NCBI GenBank assembly: GCA_028867755.1
Contig: JAGWFT010000001.1
Coordinates: 260,727 to 324,726, forward strand
Direction: 5' to 3'
Length of the DNA: 64,000 bases
Source: Nitrososphaerota archaeon
Lineage (GTDB): Archaea > Thermoproteota > Nitrososphaeria > Nitrososphaerales > Nitrosopumilaceae
Translations under genes and position numbers: made by a program
Notes under the pieces: model-generated
What the model was told of the DNA's origin: nothing
Database searches by the model: none
The model's input: only the letters and a program-made list of their open reading frames with translations
In this document: positions 1-10,199 of the stretch, in pieces
How positions within the stretch are numbered: the first letter of the stretch is position 1
How the letters are laid out: the number at the start of each line of letters is the position of its first letter

Positions 1-188
1 CTGTCATGGTTCATTGTGCTGCAGGGATAGGAAGGACTGGGACCATACTGGCGTGCTATCTTGTAAAGTATAACAAATTATCTGCAAAGGACGCTATAGA
101 AAAAGTGCGAAAAGAAAGACCAGGTTCGATTCAATCCGAATCTCAGGAACTAGCAATCAGCCTGTATTACAAGCATATTCACATGTAG
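1..188 (+). CDS. Dual-specificity/protein-tyrosine phosphatase family protein, 5' truncated by the window edge
   Basis: Catalytic CX5R motif HCAAGIGRTG, followed by the typical A..VR..RPGSIQ C-terminus. Confidence 0.85.
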   Translation, partial: VMVHCAAGIGRTGTILACYLVKYNKLSAKDAIEKVRKERPGSIQSESQELAISLYYKHIHM

Positions 189-344
189 CTACTCTGGTAT
201 TGATGTAGTTACCATCTTTCCATTTTCAAGTTTGATGAAGAGGTATCTGTTATCCTTGAAGATCAAGGTTATCTCGTTGTCTTTTTCAGACTTGTCTTCA
301 ACTTCAAGCAATTCCTGTCCTCTAACACCGTCGAATTTTGCCAT
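189..344 (-). CDS. Small hypothetical protein (51 aa, MAKFDGVRGQELLEVEDKS...), not in the ORF track
   Basis: Hand-translated ATG..TAG ORF that exactly fills the gap between neighbouring genes and has a protein-like composition. Confidence 0.6.
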   Translation of the reverse strand: MAKFDGVRGQELLEVEDKSEKDNEITLIFKDNRYLFIKLENGKMVTTSIPE

Positions 345-373
345 GATGTCACTCTGGTATTTCCATTTATATC

Positions 374-916
374 CTATTTGGTGATTTCAATCTCTATTTC
401 TTTAGAGTTTGACTTGGTATCAACTTCATCGGCATAATCATGCTTGAACCAGGAGACATAGACCTCTGCTCCAATCTTGTGTTTTCCAGGGCCAAGCTCA
501 GATGCCTTGATCTCCATTTTCTCATCAAAATCAAGAAGCATCTGTTGTGCTTCTGTTTGATTTACTGGTATGTGTGGTTCAAAGTTCTTGGATATCTGTA
601 CCCAGACCTTCTTTTCTGCCATCTGGGTAAGCTTTGGATTTCTTGTCCAAAAAAGAGCTGCCTTTTTGTATGTATCAAGCGAAGTTCCTATCTCACGTTT
701 TCTCAATCCGCCTGAGTAGAGCTTGACGCCGTACTTTAGCTTGAATACGTTATCATGCTTGTTGTATGCTCTTTCCCAATTTTTTTCATTGAATGCTTCA
801 CGAAGCCCTCCGGTCACGGAGAATTTCACGTTTATTGTTATGTTATCGTCCATGCTGAATTTATCAGCAGTTTTTTCTAACAAAACCTCACCAATTGCGT
901 TCTTTTCGTTTGTCAA
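374..916 (-). CDS. Hypothetical protein (180 aa)
   Basis: Long ORF, divergent from rpoL; no motif recognised. Confidence 0.7.
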   Translation of the reverse strand: MTNEKNAIGEVLLEKTADKFSMDDNITINVKFSVTGGLREAFNEKNWERAYNKHDNVFKLKYGVKLYSGGLRKREIGTSLDTYKKAALFWTRNPKLTQMAEKKVWVQISKNFEPHIPVNQTEAQQMLLDFDEKMEIKASELGPGKHKIGAEVYVSWFKHDYADEVDTKSNSKEIEIEITK

Positions 917-953
917 CTCTTCGTAATGATTTATATCCTCAATAAGTATTTTT

Positions 954-1244
954 TTGACTTACATGGACGTTCAGGTTAAAAAGTCTTCTTCAAGGGAAGT
1001 TCTGTTAGATATACAAAAATCTGACATAAGTACTCTATACATCGTCCAACACGAATTGCTCAAGGACTCTGCAGTGGAATTTGCAGGTGTAGTGCTAAGA
1101 CATCCACTAACCAAAGAATTTGCAATGCGTGTAAATACGTCCAAGGGCAATCCGATCAAGGAAATTGAAAAGGCTATCAAGGCCGCAATAGATTATTCTG
1201 ATGAGATAAAAAAAGCAATTAATTCAAAAATTAAAGGTGCGTAG
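954..1244 (+). CDS. rpoL: DNA-directed RNA polymerase subunit L (Rpo11)
   Basis: 96 aa; ELLKD..VEFAG....HPL pattern of Rpo11/RPB11; upstream of TFS. Confidence 0.85.
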   Translation: MTYMDVQVKKSSSREVLLDIQKSDISTLYIVQHELLKDSAVEFAGVVLRHPLTKEFAMRVNTSKGNPIKEIEKAIKAAIDYSDEIKKAINSKIKGA

Positions 1245-1559
1245 ATGAAATTCTGCCCCAAGTGTAATGCTAGGCTTAAGCTAGCTGACTCAGAGTCTGA
1301 ATTTGTATGTCCTAAATGTGGTTATAGCGAGAAAGGTACCAAGGCAACAAAACACGCAAAGGCAGAGGACCGCTCTACAATCAACATACTTGATGAAAAA
1401 GAGAAAAAAGAAACATTGCCTGTCATAAAGATCGAATGTACAAAATGTGGTCATAACGAAGCTGTATGGTGGATGCTTCAGACCAGAAGTGCAGATGAGC
1501 CCACCACTCAATTCTATCGTTGTGTTAGTTGCAGCTACACTTGGAGAAATTACGCATAA
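1245..1559 (+). CDS. tfs: Transcription factor S (TFS / RpoM-like)
   Basis: Two Zn ribbons (FCPKC..CPKC; CTKC..CVSC) and the QTRSADEP acidic hairpin. Confidence 0.93.
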   Translation: MKFCPKCNARLKLADSESEFVCPKCGYSEKGTKATKHAKAEDRSTINILDEKEKKETLPVIKIECTKCGHNEAVWWMLQTRSADEPTTQFYRCVSCSYTWRNYA

Positions 1560-1594
1560 AGTTTAACTTGAACGTACTAGAGATGTGAATAAGT

Positions 1595-2341
1595 TTGGTA
1601 TTTTCCGCAAAGACTGGAGGTTCTGATGAATGGAAAGCAGTAATATCTGCCATTTCTACACTTGTAGAAGAGGCAACCTTTGAGGCTACTGGCGAAGGAA
1701 TTGCTTTTCGAGGAATGGATCCTTCCCATGTTGCATTAATTGATATTGCATGGCCTAACTCTGCATTTGAAAAATATGTCTGCGACGAAGACGTAAAGTT
1801 TGGCGTAAGAATAGATGAGTTTGCCAAGCTGATCAAGAGGGCTGATAAAAAAGAGAACATAGAGATTAGCATTTCAGAGGAAAAATTATTGCTTGTCACT
1901 ATTGGTAAAAATAAGAAATACAAAATGAGGTTGATTGAAAGTTCTGCCACAGACACTCCTTTACCAAAAATCTCTTACAATGCAAAGGTTGCTGTAACTT
2001 CAGCTGAATTTGATAAAATTCTGGGCGATGTTCAGGTGGTTTCAGAATATCTTTCAATCAATGCAAGTTCGAGCAAGGCAGAATTTTCTGGCAGAGGTGA
2101 CTCGGGAGAGGCAGTGGTTACGCTAGAGAAGGGAATGCCTGAGATGCCAGAAATTGAGGTCAAAGAAGACAGTACAGCCACATACAGCCTTGAATATCTC
2201 AACAGCATTGTAAAGGCAGTAGGTTCTGCGGCTGGTACGGTTGTATGCGAATTCTCTACCAAGATGCCGCTAAGGTTAGAGTTTAAGGTTGCAAATATAG
2301 GTAGAATTCATTTCTATCTGGCTCCAAGAGTTGAAAGTTAA
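1595..2341 (+). CDS. pcn: PCNA DNA polymerase sliding clamp
   Basis: 248 aa; EATF...GIAFRGMDPSHVALID and C-terminal FYLAPRVE signatures. Confidence 0.95.
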   Translation: MVFSAKTGGSDEWKAVISAISTLVEEATFEATGEGIAFRGMDPSHVALIDIAWPNSAFEKYVCDEDVKFGVRIDEFAKLIKRADKKENIEISISEEKLLLVTIGKNKKYKMRLIESSATDTPLPKISYNAKVAVTSAEFDKILGDVQVVSEYLSINASSSKAEFSGRGDSGEAVVTLEKGMPEMPEIEVKEDSTATYSLEYLNSIVKAVGSAAGTVVCEFSTKMPLRLEFKVANIGRIHFYLAPRVES

Positions 2342-2523
2342 AGATATCCAGATTGAGAGATGAAGCAAATTCAGTAACTCTGGTCAAGCTATGACAGCCG
2401 GTAATTGTTCTATTGTTAGTCATTTTTTTACTGATATTTTTCTCAATTCTTCTCCACCCTTTCCGGTTTCTACTGCTTAATTGACACCATCAAGTATTTA
2501 TGGTAAGAAAGTAAGAATATAGT

Positions 2524-2808
2524 ATGAAAAACACGGCAACTTACGCGGAAAAGGATATCACGGTAGTTAGCGACAAGGGGCAAGTAGTCATACCGCAGTC
2601 CGTGAGAGTAAGACTCGGACTCAAGCGCAAGACAAGACTCATAGTGTACGGATACAAGGATGCTGTCATAATGAAAAAGATGGATATTCCTGACGTAATA
2701 AAAGACCTGAAGTCACTATACCAAAAGGTAGATGCTAGGGCTGCGAAATACAGCAGAATATCCGATGAAGAGATAAACGAAATAGTACAAAAGTACAGAA
2801 AGAAATAA
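2524..2808 (+). CDS. AbrB/MazE/SpoVT-family antitoxin
   Basis: VSDKGQVVIPQSVRVRLGL swapped-hairpin motif; directly upstream of a PIN gene. Confidence 0.85.
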   Translation: MKNTATYAEKDITVVSDKGQVVIPQSVRVRLGLKRKTRLIVYGYKDAVIMKKMDIPDVIKDLKSLYQKVDARAAKYSRISDEEINEIVQKYRKK

Positions 2809-2822
2809 TCGGGCCAGTTTCT

Positions 2823-3230
2823 ATGAGGATCGTCCTTGACACCAACATACTGGTATCTGCAATGATAGTGGATGGAAAGCAGAGAGCTCTCTTGAATACC
2901 ATAATAACCAAAAATCATAAACTAATCATCTCAAAAAAGATCATAGAAGAGTTTGTCAAAGTAACAGCAGAATCTAAAATACGAAAATATGCTACCAAGG
3001 AGGAAGTTGCAAGATTCCTACACAATCTTTCCCTCATATCAACACTGGTTCCTGTACGATCCAGGGTAAAGGCAGTAAGGGATGAAAAAGACAATCCCAT
3101 TCTAGCAACTGCTTATGACGGCTATGCCAGCTATCTGGTAACTGGAGACGACGATCTGCTTACGTTGAAAAAGTTCAAGAGAGTGAAAATAGTGAAGGCC
3201 ATTGAGATGCTAACGATACTGGAACAGTAA
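2823..3230 (+). CDS. PIN-domain toxin (VapC-like)
   Basis: MRIVLDTNILVSA, RDEKDN.ILATA and LVTGDDDLL PIN motifs. Confidence 0.9.
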   Translation: MRIVLDTNILVSAMIVDGKQRALLNTIITKNHKLIISKKIIEEFVKVTAESKIRKYATKEEVARFLHNLSLISTLVPVRSRVKAVRDEKDNPILATAYDGYASYLVTGDDDLLTLKKFKRVKIVKAIEMLTILEQ

Positions 3231-3302
3231 AGAACAAGTTCAAGGTAAAAGAACCCAATCTGTGCATTTTTGCCTTGGAAAGCCTCTCTTGCCAAAATCC
3301 AT

Positions 3303-3785
3303 CTAAGTTTCTAGTCTAAATTCCTCAAAGTAGACCTTGCCATTCTCTACTGCCTTCTTAATGCTTTTTTGTCGTGGTGAGAGATCAGCCTCTCCAGTCT
3401 TTGCATCAATGAAAGTTATCTTGTCCACCTTGTTCTCATTGAAAAGTCCGTCAAAAGCTATAAAGTCAATTGGTTCTGCTAGAAACCTGCAATCCCTTGG
3501 TTGATGGCCAAAATTGGAGACTGTAGGTGCAAGATGCTCTAGCGTCTTTCCAATATAGACCTGTTTTGATTTTTCGATGGATTCTTGGATGATCTTCTTT
3601 TTCTTTACCTCGAACTCTTCTTGTGCCTGTCTTAATTGGTCTAACAGGTCTTGAGGTGGTTTTTTACCACTGAATATTTTAAATTCGTTCAATCTGTGGA
3701 TTGCCTGACAGTCCGGACATTGGGCATAGGTGTTCCTCTCTGCTTGTATGAAGTTGACAAGCAGCTTTGCTGCAGTATTTGGCAT
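3303..3785 (-). CDS. Archaeal Holliday-junction-resolvase-like PD-(D/E)xK endonuclease with N-terminal CxxC
   Basis: PIDFIAFDG..ITFIDAKTG..LSPRQKSIK nuclease motifs. Confidence 0.75.
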   Translation of the reverse strand: MPNTAAKLLVNFIQAERNTYAQCPDCQAIHRLNEFKIFSGKKPPQDLLDQLRQAQEEFEVKKKKIIQESIEKSKQVYIGKTLEHLAPTVSNFGHQPRDCRFLAEPIDFIAFDGLFNENKVDKITFIDAKTGEADLSPRQKSIKKAVENGKVYFEEFRLET

Positions 3786-4032
3786 TCTGTGCTATATGAC
3801 TATATATGCATAATTTGGTCTATGTCAAACTATTTTATAATATCAATCAACGGAAAACCATTGTCCTAATATGGCACTCACTAAACACCAGATTAATTCT
3901 TAAAATCAACCTACGATCGAAATGTACCAACTGCTAGTTTAAGTGAATGAAGACAATGATAGGTGCATTTGTTATAACAATTTTTCCGAGAGAAACATGT
4001 TCTTATTCTGGTTTCACCGATCTCGAATCTGA

Positions 4033-4779
4033 ATGAGAATTTTATTAAAACTCCGTTCATTGGAAACACAAAAATACGATATGGGCTATCATCATAAATT
4101 ACAAAGCTTTATCTATAAAATGCTAATGACCCAAGGCTTAACTCAAATCCATGACAAAAAAGGTTACAAGTTTTTTTGTTTTTCAAATATTTTTCCCTCA
4201 AATAACATGCATAGGGGTGATCTAAAAAGTCTAATTATTTCATCGCCTAATGAAAAAATAATTCGTGCGTTTGAGAGGCAGGCACAACAGATAAGATCCG
4301 ATCAATCTTCTATTATGATAGGAAATATGACATTTATTCTTGATAGATTTGAAGTTTTCTCATTAAATTTACCTGACGATAATGTAAGAATGATAACAGG
4401 AACCCCAATTATTATCAGGATTCCAAGGGAACGATATTTGAAATATGGGATTAATCCTGAAATTCCATATAATTATATCTTCTGGCGTAAGGAACATCCG
4501 ATTGAAATGTTTATTGAACAGATTGAGGAAAACCTAAAGAAAAAATATGAAGAGTTCACAACAAAACCTGTTGTAGAAGAAACAATACTTAGTAAAATAA
4601 AATTTCGAAAGCAGATATCAAATAAGATTCCACTCAAAGGAGATATTCAGACAATAATAGGCACTCTGTGGGAATTCGATTTTCATAAAAAAGAGAACAT
4701 GGATCTATTACAGTTTAGTTTAGATGCAGGATTTGGAGAGAGAAACTCTCTTGGTTTTGGATTTATGAATTTACAATAG
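4033..4779 (+). CDS. cas6: CRISPR-associated endoribonuclease Cas6
   Basis: YKFFCFSNIF motif; C-terminal glycine-rich loop GFGERNSLGFG. Confidence 0.95.
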   Translation: MRILLKLRSLETQKYDMGYHHKLQSFIYKMLMTQGLTQIHDKKGYKFFCFSNIFPSNNMHRGDLKSLIISSPNEKIIRAFERQAQQIRSDQSSIMIGNMTFILDRFEVFSLNLPDDNVRMITGTPIIIRIPRERYLKYGINPEIPYNYIFWRKEHPIEMFIEQIEENLKKKYEEFTTKPVVEETILSKIKFRKQISNKIPLKGDIQTIIGTLWEFDFHKKENMDLLQFSLDAGFGERNSLGFGFMNLQ

Positions 4780-4813
4780 ATATTCTTAAAAATTACAATA
4801 GGATGCTGTCTTT

Positions 4814-6304
4814 GTGGAAATAATTTTCAAAAGAACTGGAGATTTTTGGATTGATTTGGGCATCATCTCTCTTTGGACTAGATTGGCCTCACAGGCCTCT
4901 AAACGAGGATCATCATATGTTACTCAGGTGAAGAGACATGGGAGATATGGTAAAGACATTCCAGTATTGAAGGTCATACTTTCTCCCGACCAATTATCTT
5001 TGATAGCCGAAAAAGAAAATGCCATTGTGGAGGAGTTAGATAAGACTTGCGTGAAGCTTTGCAATGATTATATAAGAAAAGCAAGTACTGGCAGAAACTG
5101 GTGGTGGGGAATTTCTAATTTTTTCTTCAAAAATACAAAACCGGAATCATTTTTTAAAAATCCTGAAGATATGGTTAAAGAACAGAAAGGTAAATGGAGT
5201 AAAGAAACATGCAATTTTTGTGGCCTTGAAAGAATGGTAAAAGATCTGGGAACTACTGAACACCCATTAGTTGTAACAAGTAAAAAATTCCAAAGTTTTT
5301 ACTCTGAGTTATCTACTAGTGTAAAGATATGTAATTATTGTACATTTGTAACAAAATTTGTTCCAACAAAGTTATTCTTCAATACTGGCAGAAATGCTAT
5401 TCTTGCAATGATGTTTGAAAGCTCGGATCTAATTACTTTAAATAATTTATATATTGAATTATCACGACTTTTCGCAGAGGCAAACGAATATGGAAACTTC
5501 CCAAACGTCCTTTCTTGGACTCAATATCCTGCAGAAACTTTCATGAATTTTCTATGTGCAATAAAAATAGAAACGACTAATTCAAATATTTTAAAAAATA
5601 CTCTTGAAAAGTTAGAGAATAGTAAAGCACATGTAATAAAAGGAACACTCGGACAAGGTCTTATAATTGCTAATTATATAATTATTCCAAATCTTTTCAA
5701 GACCTATAATTTTATTGAGCATTGTGACTGGAAATCTAAATCTGGTAAAAAGTATAATGCACTGATTAATACTTTGAAATTTCTAATGGTTAAAACATCA
5801 ACAGGAATGGATACTATTAAAAGAGAGGAATTCTGTCACCGCATATTCTATAGTTATGATGTGACAAATCTCTTATTTGAATTTCTCATTGATAATAGCT
5901 TAGGGAAAAGTCAGACAGGCAATTTACCATCTGCAGGCTTTTCAGGATTTAATATAGAAGTATTTATCACTAAGTATGAAAAAATACTCGCGTACATGAA
6001 CCAGTATCAGATTGACATCTCAAAAGAAATTGGGGCTATGATTGGTGATCTAGCAAAGAAGACTGGGAAGAAATCATTATTGTATTCTCTTCGTAGTGCA
6101 AGAAACTTGAATGACCTCTTAGCGTTCATCAATGAGATTCTGAACAGCTATCTGGACATGATAATATTAGATCGAAATCACATAGATGGCCTTCTTAAGG
6201 CAATAGATAACTCCAATTGGTCCACATACAAGTCTCTCATAGGAATTCATGCAGTCTTGTCTTTCCTAGAAAATAATGAATTAGTAGAGGTAAAAAGCAG
6301 ATGA
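4814..6304 (+). CDS. cas8: Type I-B large subunit Cas8 (Cst1/CXXC-CXXC type)
   Basis: Lies between cas6 and cas7; two CxxC motifs (CNFC, CNYC); N-terminal TGDFWIDLG. Confidence 0.85.
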   Translation: MEIIFKRTGDFWIDLGIISLWTRLASQASKRGSSYVTQVKRHGRYGKDIPVLKVILSPDQLSLIAEKENAIVEELDKTCVKLCNDYIRKASTGRNWWWGISNFFFKNTKPESFFKNPEDMVKEQKGKWSKETCNFCGLERMVKDLGTTEHPLVVTSKKFQSFYSELSTSVKICNYCTFVTKFVPTKLFFNTGRNAILAMMFESSDLITLNNLYIELSRLFAEANEYGNFPNVLSWTQYPAETFMNFLCAIKIETTNSNILKNTLEKLENSKAHVIKGTLGQGLIIANYIIIPNLFKTYNFIEHCDWKSKSGKKYNALINTLKFLMVKTSTGMDTIKREEFCHRIFYSYDVTNLLFEFLIDNSLGKSQTGNLPSAGFSGFNIEVFITKYEKILAYMNQYQIDISKEIGAMIGDLAKKTGKKSLLYSLRSARNLNDLLAFINEILNSYLDMIILDRNHIDGLLKAIDNSNWSTYKSLIGIHAVLSFLENNELVEVKSR

Positions 6305-7287
6305 CAAGTAAAGCAATAACAATAGGAATACTATTCAAGGTCGAGGTAGGCAATGTTAATGCCGGGTGGACGGAAGGTGTAGTAACCATAATGAAAAAAG
6401 TTGAGCTTCCTGATGGTAATTCTCATCCATATATTTCCGGCCAAGCCATGCGAAGATATATGCGAGATACTATGCAGGATATAATAACTGGAACATCAGA
6501 ACAAATGTCTCCATCAGATCAGGCTAAAGACAAACGAGGAAAATCGCCAATCACTACCCTTGGTGATCCTAGGAAATATATCGATGATGATCTTTTCGGA
6601 TTTATGAGGGCAGTAAAAAAAGATCGGAAAGAAAAGGGTAAGGAAAAAGATGAAGAGTCTGAAATCGGTTCTACTCGAAAACGAACATCTCCATTAAGAG
6701 TATCTGCTGCATTTGGTTTTTTCAAATTTACTGGAAACAGAGATTTGGGAACAAAAAGTTCCATAGAGCATTCAGGTTCGGCTGAATCTGGCGGATCAAT
6801 TTTTGAAACTGAGATCACTAACAACATTTTCAAAAATAATCTCATGCTTGAATTAGATCGAGTTGGTGTATGGAAAGATTATGAAACAACAGATGAAGAG
6901 GGAGAGGGAAGTCTTTCGGAAATTCAAAGAAAAGAGAGAATAAAGATTATGATTAAATCGCTCAAATATCTATGGGGAGGCGGAAGACAAAGTAGATTCC
7001 TTGTTGATTTGACCCCACAATTTATCATTTATGCGAGAATGTCTAAGAAGGTTCCAATTTTTCTAAATTCTCTAAATATTACATATGAAAATTCCCAATA
7101 TTATCTAGGCTCTGCGATACAAGAGGCCCTCAAAGACTATGAACAAGACATTGAGAATGTAATTATCGGGTCCAGAGATGGATTTTTAAAAAATGTTAAT
7201 AATTTAGAAAACAATGGAAGAGCAGTACAAACCATAGGGAATGCAATAGATATGATGATAAAAGACATTGACACAGCAAAAATCTGA
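6301..7287 (+). CDS. cas7: Cas7 (Cst2/DevR type)
   Basis: N-AGW.EG, PYISGQAMRR, DDDLFGFM and RTSPLRVS motifs. Confidence 0.93.
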   Translation: MTSKAITIGILFKVEVGNVNAGWTEGVVTIMKKVELPDGNSHPYISGQAMRRYMRDTMQDIITGTSEQMSPSDQAKDKRGKSPITTLGDPRKYIDDDLFGFMRAVKKDRKEKGKEKDEESEIGSTRKRTSPLRVSAAFGFFKFTGNRDLGTKSSIEHSGSAESGGSIFETEITNNIFKNNLMLELDRVGVWKDYETTDEEGEGSLSEIQRKERIKIMIKSLKYLWGGGRQSRFLVDLTPQFIIYARMSKKVPIFLNSLNITYENSQYYLGSAIQEALKDYEQDIENVIIGSRDGFLKNVNNLENNGRAVQTIGNAIDMMIKDIDTAKI

Positions 7288-8011
7288 AACTAATCAGAAA
7301 AATATACAAGCAGTTTGTCTTACTGTGAGAGGAGATTTTAATTCATATAGAATTTCTACAAATATAAAATATCAACGGAGTTATATTATTCCTACAAAAA
7401 CAACTCTAATTGGTATGCTTGGTGCTGCGCTTGGGATACAAAATAAAGAACTCGAAATTCTTTTTAAAACAGTCAAGACTAACGCTGTTTTAATTTCACT
7501 TATGGGCCGTGCAAAAGATCTATGGCTTGTAAGTAAACTAAAAGTAGATGGTAATCATGAAAAATCTCCAATAATGAGAGAAGTTCTGGTCAATCCAGTA
7601 TACATGATCTACTATCAGGCAGATAACGACATGATTTTAAAAATTATTGATGCGTTAAAAGATCCAAAATTTGTACTTAGTCTTGGTAGGTCTGATGAAA
7701 TGATAGAAATAAAAGAAATCCAAACACTAAAACTGACCGAAACAAAAGGTATAGCCAGTTTTAAAAATACAATTATTCCATTCAATTATAGAAGTCTCTT
7801 TCTTGCCTATGAAACTATGCCTGTACAAAGAGGAACAACCATGGAATTGCCAGAAGTGATTAACATACCTGTTTCTTTTGAATACGATTCAGCTGGCAGA
7901 AGAAAAGTAAGTGAGTCAAAAGATGTTACTATTATTTATGAACTTGGTATAAAATTAAAAGATTCGTCTGGAGCGTGGAGTGATGGAAAACGAAATCTAT
8001 TCCTTTACTAA
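7268..8011 (+). CDS. cas5: Cas5
   Basis: SY.IP.KTTLIGMLGAALG motif and LSLGRSDE glycine loop. Confidence 0.92.
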   Translation: MTQQKSETNQKNIQAVCLTVRGDFNSYRISTNIKYQRSYIIPTKTTLIGMLGAALGIQNKELEILFKTVKTNAVLISLMGRAKDLWLVSKLKVDGNHEKSPIMREVLVNPVYMIYYQADNDMILKIIDALKDPKFVLSLGRSDEMIEIKEIQTLKLTETKGIASFKNTIIPFNYRSLFLAYETMPVQRGTTMELPEVINIPVSFEYDSAGRRKVSESKDVTIIYELGIKLKDSSGAWSDGKRNLFLY

Positions 8012-10199
8012 AATTCTTGCAAAATCTGAACCAGAAGAGACTCTTGAGGAACACATAGAAAATGTACTCAAATTTCTCATCAAATTCATAAAATGGAAGA
8101 AAAAAGAAATAAAAAAAATATCTGAAATTACCGGCTTGCACAGAACTGAAATTCAAGGAAGATTATTTGCAACAGCATATTTACATGATATTGGAAAATG
8201 TAGCAATTCATTTCAGAGATTTATAAGAAAGGAACAATCTAACCGCTTTCCTCACGCTCTTTTAGGACTTCCCTTTATCATATCTGCAGTAGATCCGTTG
8301 TCAGTAGAAGATACAACAATTTATCCTGAAGCAATTTCAGTAATGTCCCATCATACTCCGTTTTATGATGGTCTTTACGCGTATGAAAAAGATAACCCAC
8401 CTAATAAATTTTTAATTATAAATAAAGCACTTGAATTTTATAATAAAATCGAACAATCATATTCCAATATATTCAAAGAAAAATATCCATTTCAATTAGG
8501 TAACCCAGATCTAGACTCATCGTTGTCTACCCTCTTGGAAAAAATCAAAAACCCTCTAAAATTTAATCGGCCCACACATCTTAGGGAAATTCATTCTTTT
8601 TTCGTGAATTTTTTGCATACTGTAGATTGGCTTGGTAGTGGAAAAACGTTTGATTATCAGTATTCGGTAAAAAGCATTTCCGAGAAGATTGCAAATGAAT
8701 TGAAACAAAAAAAAAGTTTGACTTCTTGGAATGAAATTCAAATTAAAGCATCACATACGTATGGCAATTTGCTTCTTTGTGCCCCCACTGGTCAGGGGAA
8801 AACAGAAGCTGCACTATTATGGGCTGATAGAAATATGTATCATGATAAGATAATTTATCTATTACCTACGCGGGTTACAACGAATGCACTCTATAAGAGA
8901 TTAAAATTCCTTGGAGATTCTGTTGGTGTATCACATGGAACTTCAGCTTTAATTATTGCAGAGGAAGAACAATGGAATAACAAAAGAATTATGGCAAGAA
9001 GATTACGTTCTGGTTCTTTTATGGAACCAATTACTGTTGCAACGGTTGACCAGTTATTATTACCACATTTTAATTGGAAGTATTGGGAAATGATTGAACA
9101 AAATGCATCTAACGCTGCAATCGTCTTAGATGAAATTCATGCATATGATTACTACACTCTAGCTTTGATCACTGAGATGATCAAAAAATTTCCACGGAGT
9201 CGTTTTGCTTATCTCTCAGCCACTTTACCAAAGTATATTCAAAATCATCTTACTAACTTGCATGAAGAAAAAATTACCACTATTGTGGACTATGAACATC
9301 TTGATTTATCAAGACATAACATACAATTTATCGAGACTACTATTGATAATTCAGTTGACGAAGTAAAACAATATTACAAAGAAGGTAAGAAGGTGTTGAT
9401 CATATTAAACACTGTCAAAGAAGCAACTCGATTTTACAAGAATTTTTTAGATCTTAATTCCATACTTTATCATTCTAGATTCATAGAGAAAGACAGACGC
9501 AAGAAAGAAGAATTAATTGAAGAAGCAAATGACAAAAACAAAGGTTGTATCGTTGTTGCTACACAGGTAGTAGAGGTCAGTCTTGATATCGATTTTGATA
9601 TTCTTTTCACTCAGATTGCACCACTGGACGCTCTGATTCAACGTTTAGGGAGAGTGAATAGAAAAGGTAAAAAATCCACAGATATTACTAACGTGAAAAT
9701 ATATGATTTTGGTGAATTTGATTATATGGTATATGGACTAGATAATCTACAAAATGCAAGAGAAATTGCGTCTACATGGTTTTCTGTTAAACATAGATTG
9801 AAAGAAAATGAAATTCAGGATTTAATAGAATGGCAATATCCACAAGAAAAAACCTCTGCTAGTTTTCTAGAAGAATGGGATAGAGTTCACGAGGATCTAG
9901 AATGGTTTAGAAATCAATTATGGGATATTCAAACTCTTCGAATGAAAGATGATATGAAGGTACTTATGAAGTTAGCAAAAACCAGACAAGATAAATTTCC
10001 TGAAATTGCTGTAATTCCTGAAATGTTCAAAGATGAAGTTAATCTCTTGCAGCCGAGTAGAAAACTTCAAGTTATTGAATATCTAGTCAAGGTACCATTT
10101 TCTCAGTTCAAGAACGGTATTAGGCCTGCAAAAGATGATTCTGATCTAGTCTTTTGTAAAATGGATTATAGCTTTGAATATGGTGCTGACGCGCTTTGA
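7980..10199 (+). CDS. cas3: Cas3 HD nuclease-helicase
   Basis: LHDIGK HD motif, APTGQGKTE Walker A, DEIH box, ATQVVEVSLDID, QRLGRVNR. Confidence 0.96.
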   Translation: MMENEIYSFTKILAKSEPEETLEEHIENVLKFLIKFIKWKKKEIKKISEITGLHRTEIQGRLFATAYLHDIGKCSNSFQRFIRKEQSNRFPHALLGLPFIISAVDPLSVEDTTIYPEAISVMSHHTPFYDGLYAYEKDNPPNKFLIINKALEFYNKIEQSYSNIFKEKYPFQLGNPDLDSSLSTLLEKIKNPLKFNRPTHLREIHSFFVNFLHTVDWLGSGKTFDYQYSVKSISEKIANELKQKKSLTSWNEIQIKASHTYGNLLLCAPTGQGKTEAALLWADRNMYHDKIIYLLPTRVTTNALYKRLKFLGDSVGVSHGTSALIIAEEEQWNNKRIMARRLRSGSFMEPITVATVDQLLLPHFNWKYWEMIEQNASNAAIVLDEIHAYDYYTLALITEMIKKFPRSRFAYLSATLPKYIQNHLTNLHEEKITTIVDYEHLDLSRHNIQFIETTIDNSVDEVKQYYKEGKKVLIILNTVKEATRFYKNFLDLNSILYHSRFIEKDRRKKEELIEEANDKNKGCIVVATQVVEVSLDIDFDILFTQIAPLDALIQRLGRVNRKGKKSTDITNVKIYDFGEFDYMVYGLDNLQNAREIASTWFSVKHRLKENEIQDLIEWQYPQEKTSASFLEEWDRVHEDLEWFRNQLWDIQTLRMKDDMKVLMKLAKTRQDKFPEIAVIPEMFKDEVNLLQPSRKLQVIEYLVKVPFSQFKNGIRPAKDDSDLVFCKMDYSFEYGADAL

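Noticed and set aside
4780-4813. Possible CreTA module between cas6 and cas8
   Set aside because: The gap is only 34 nt, with no repeat-like sequence.
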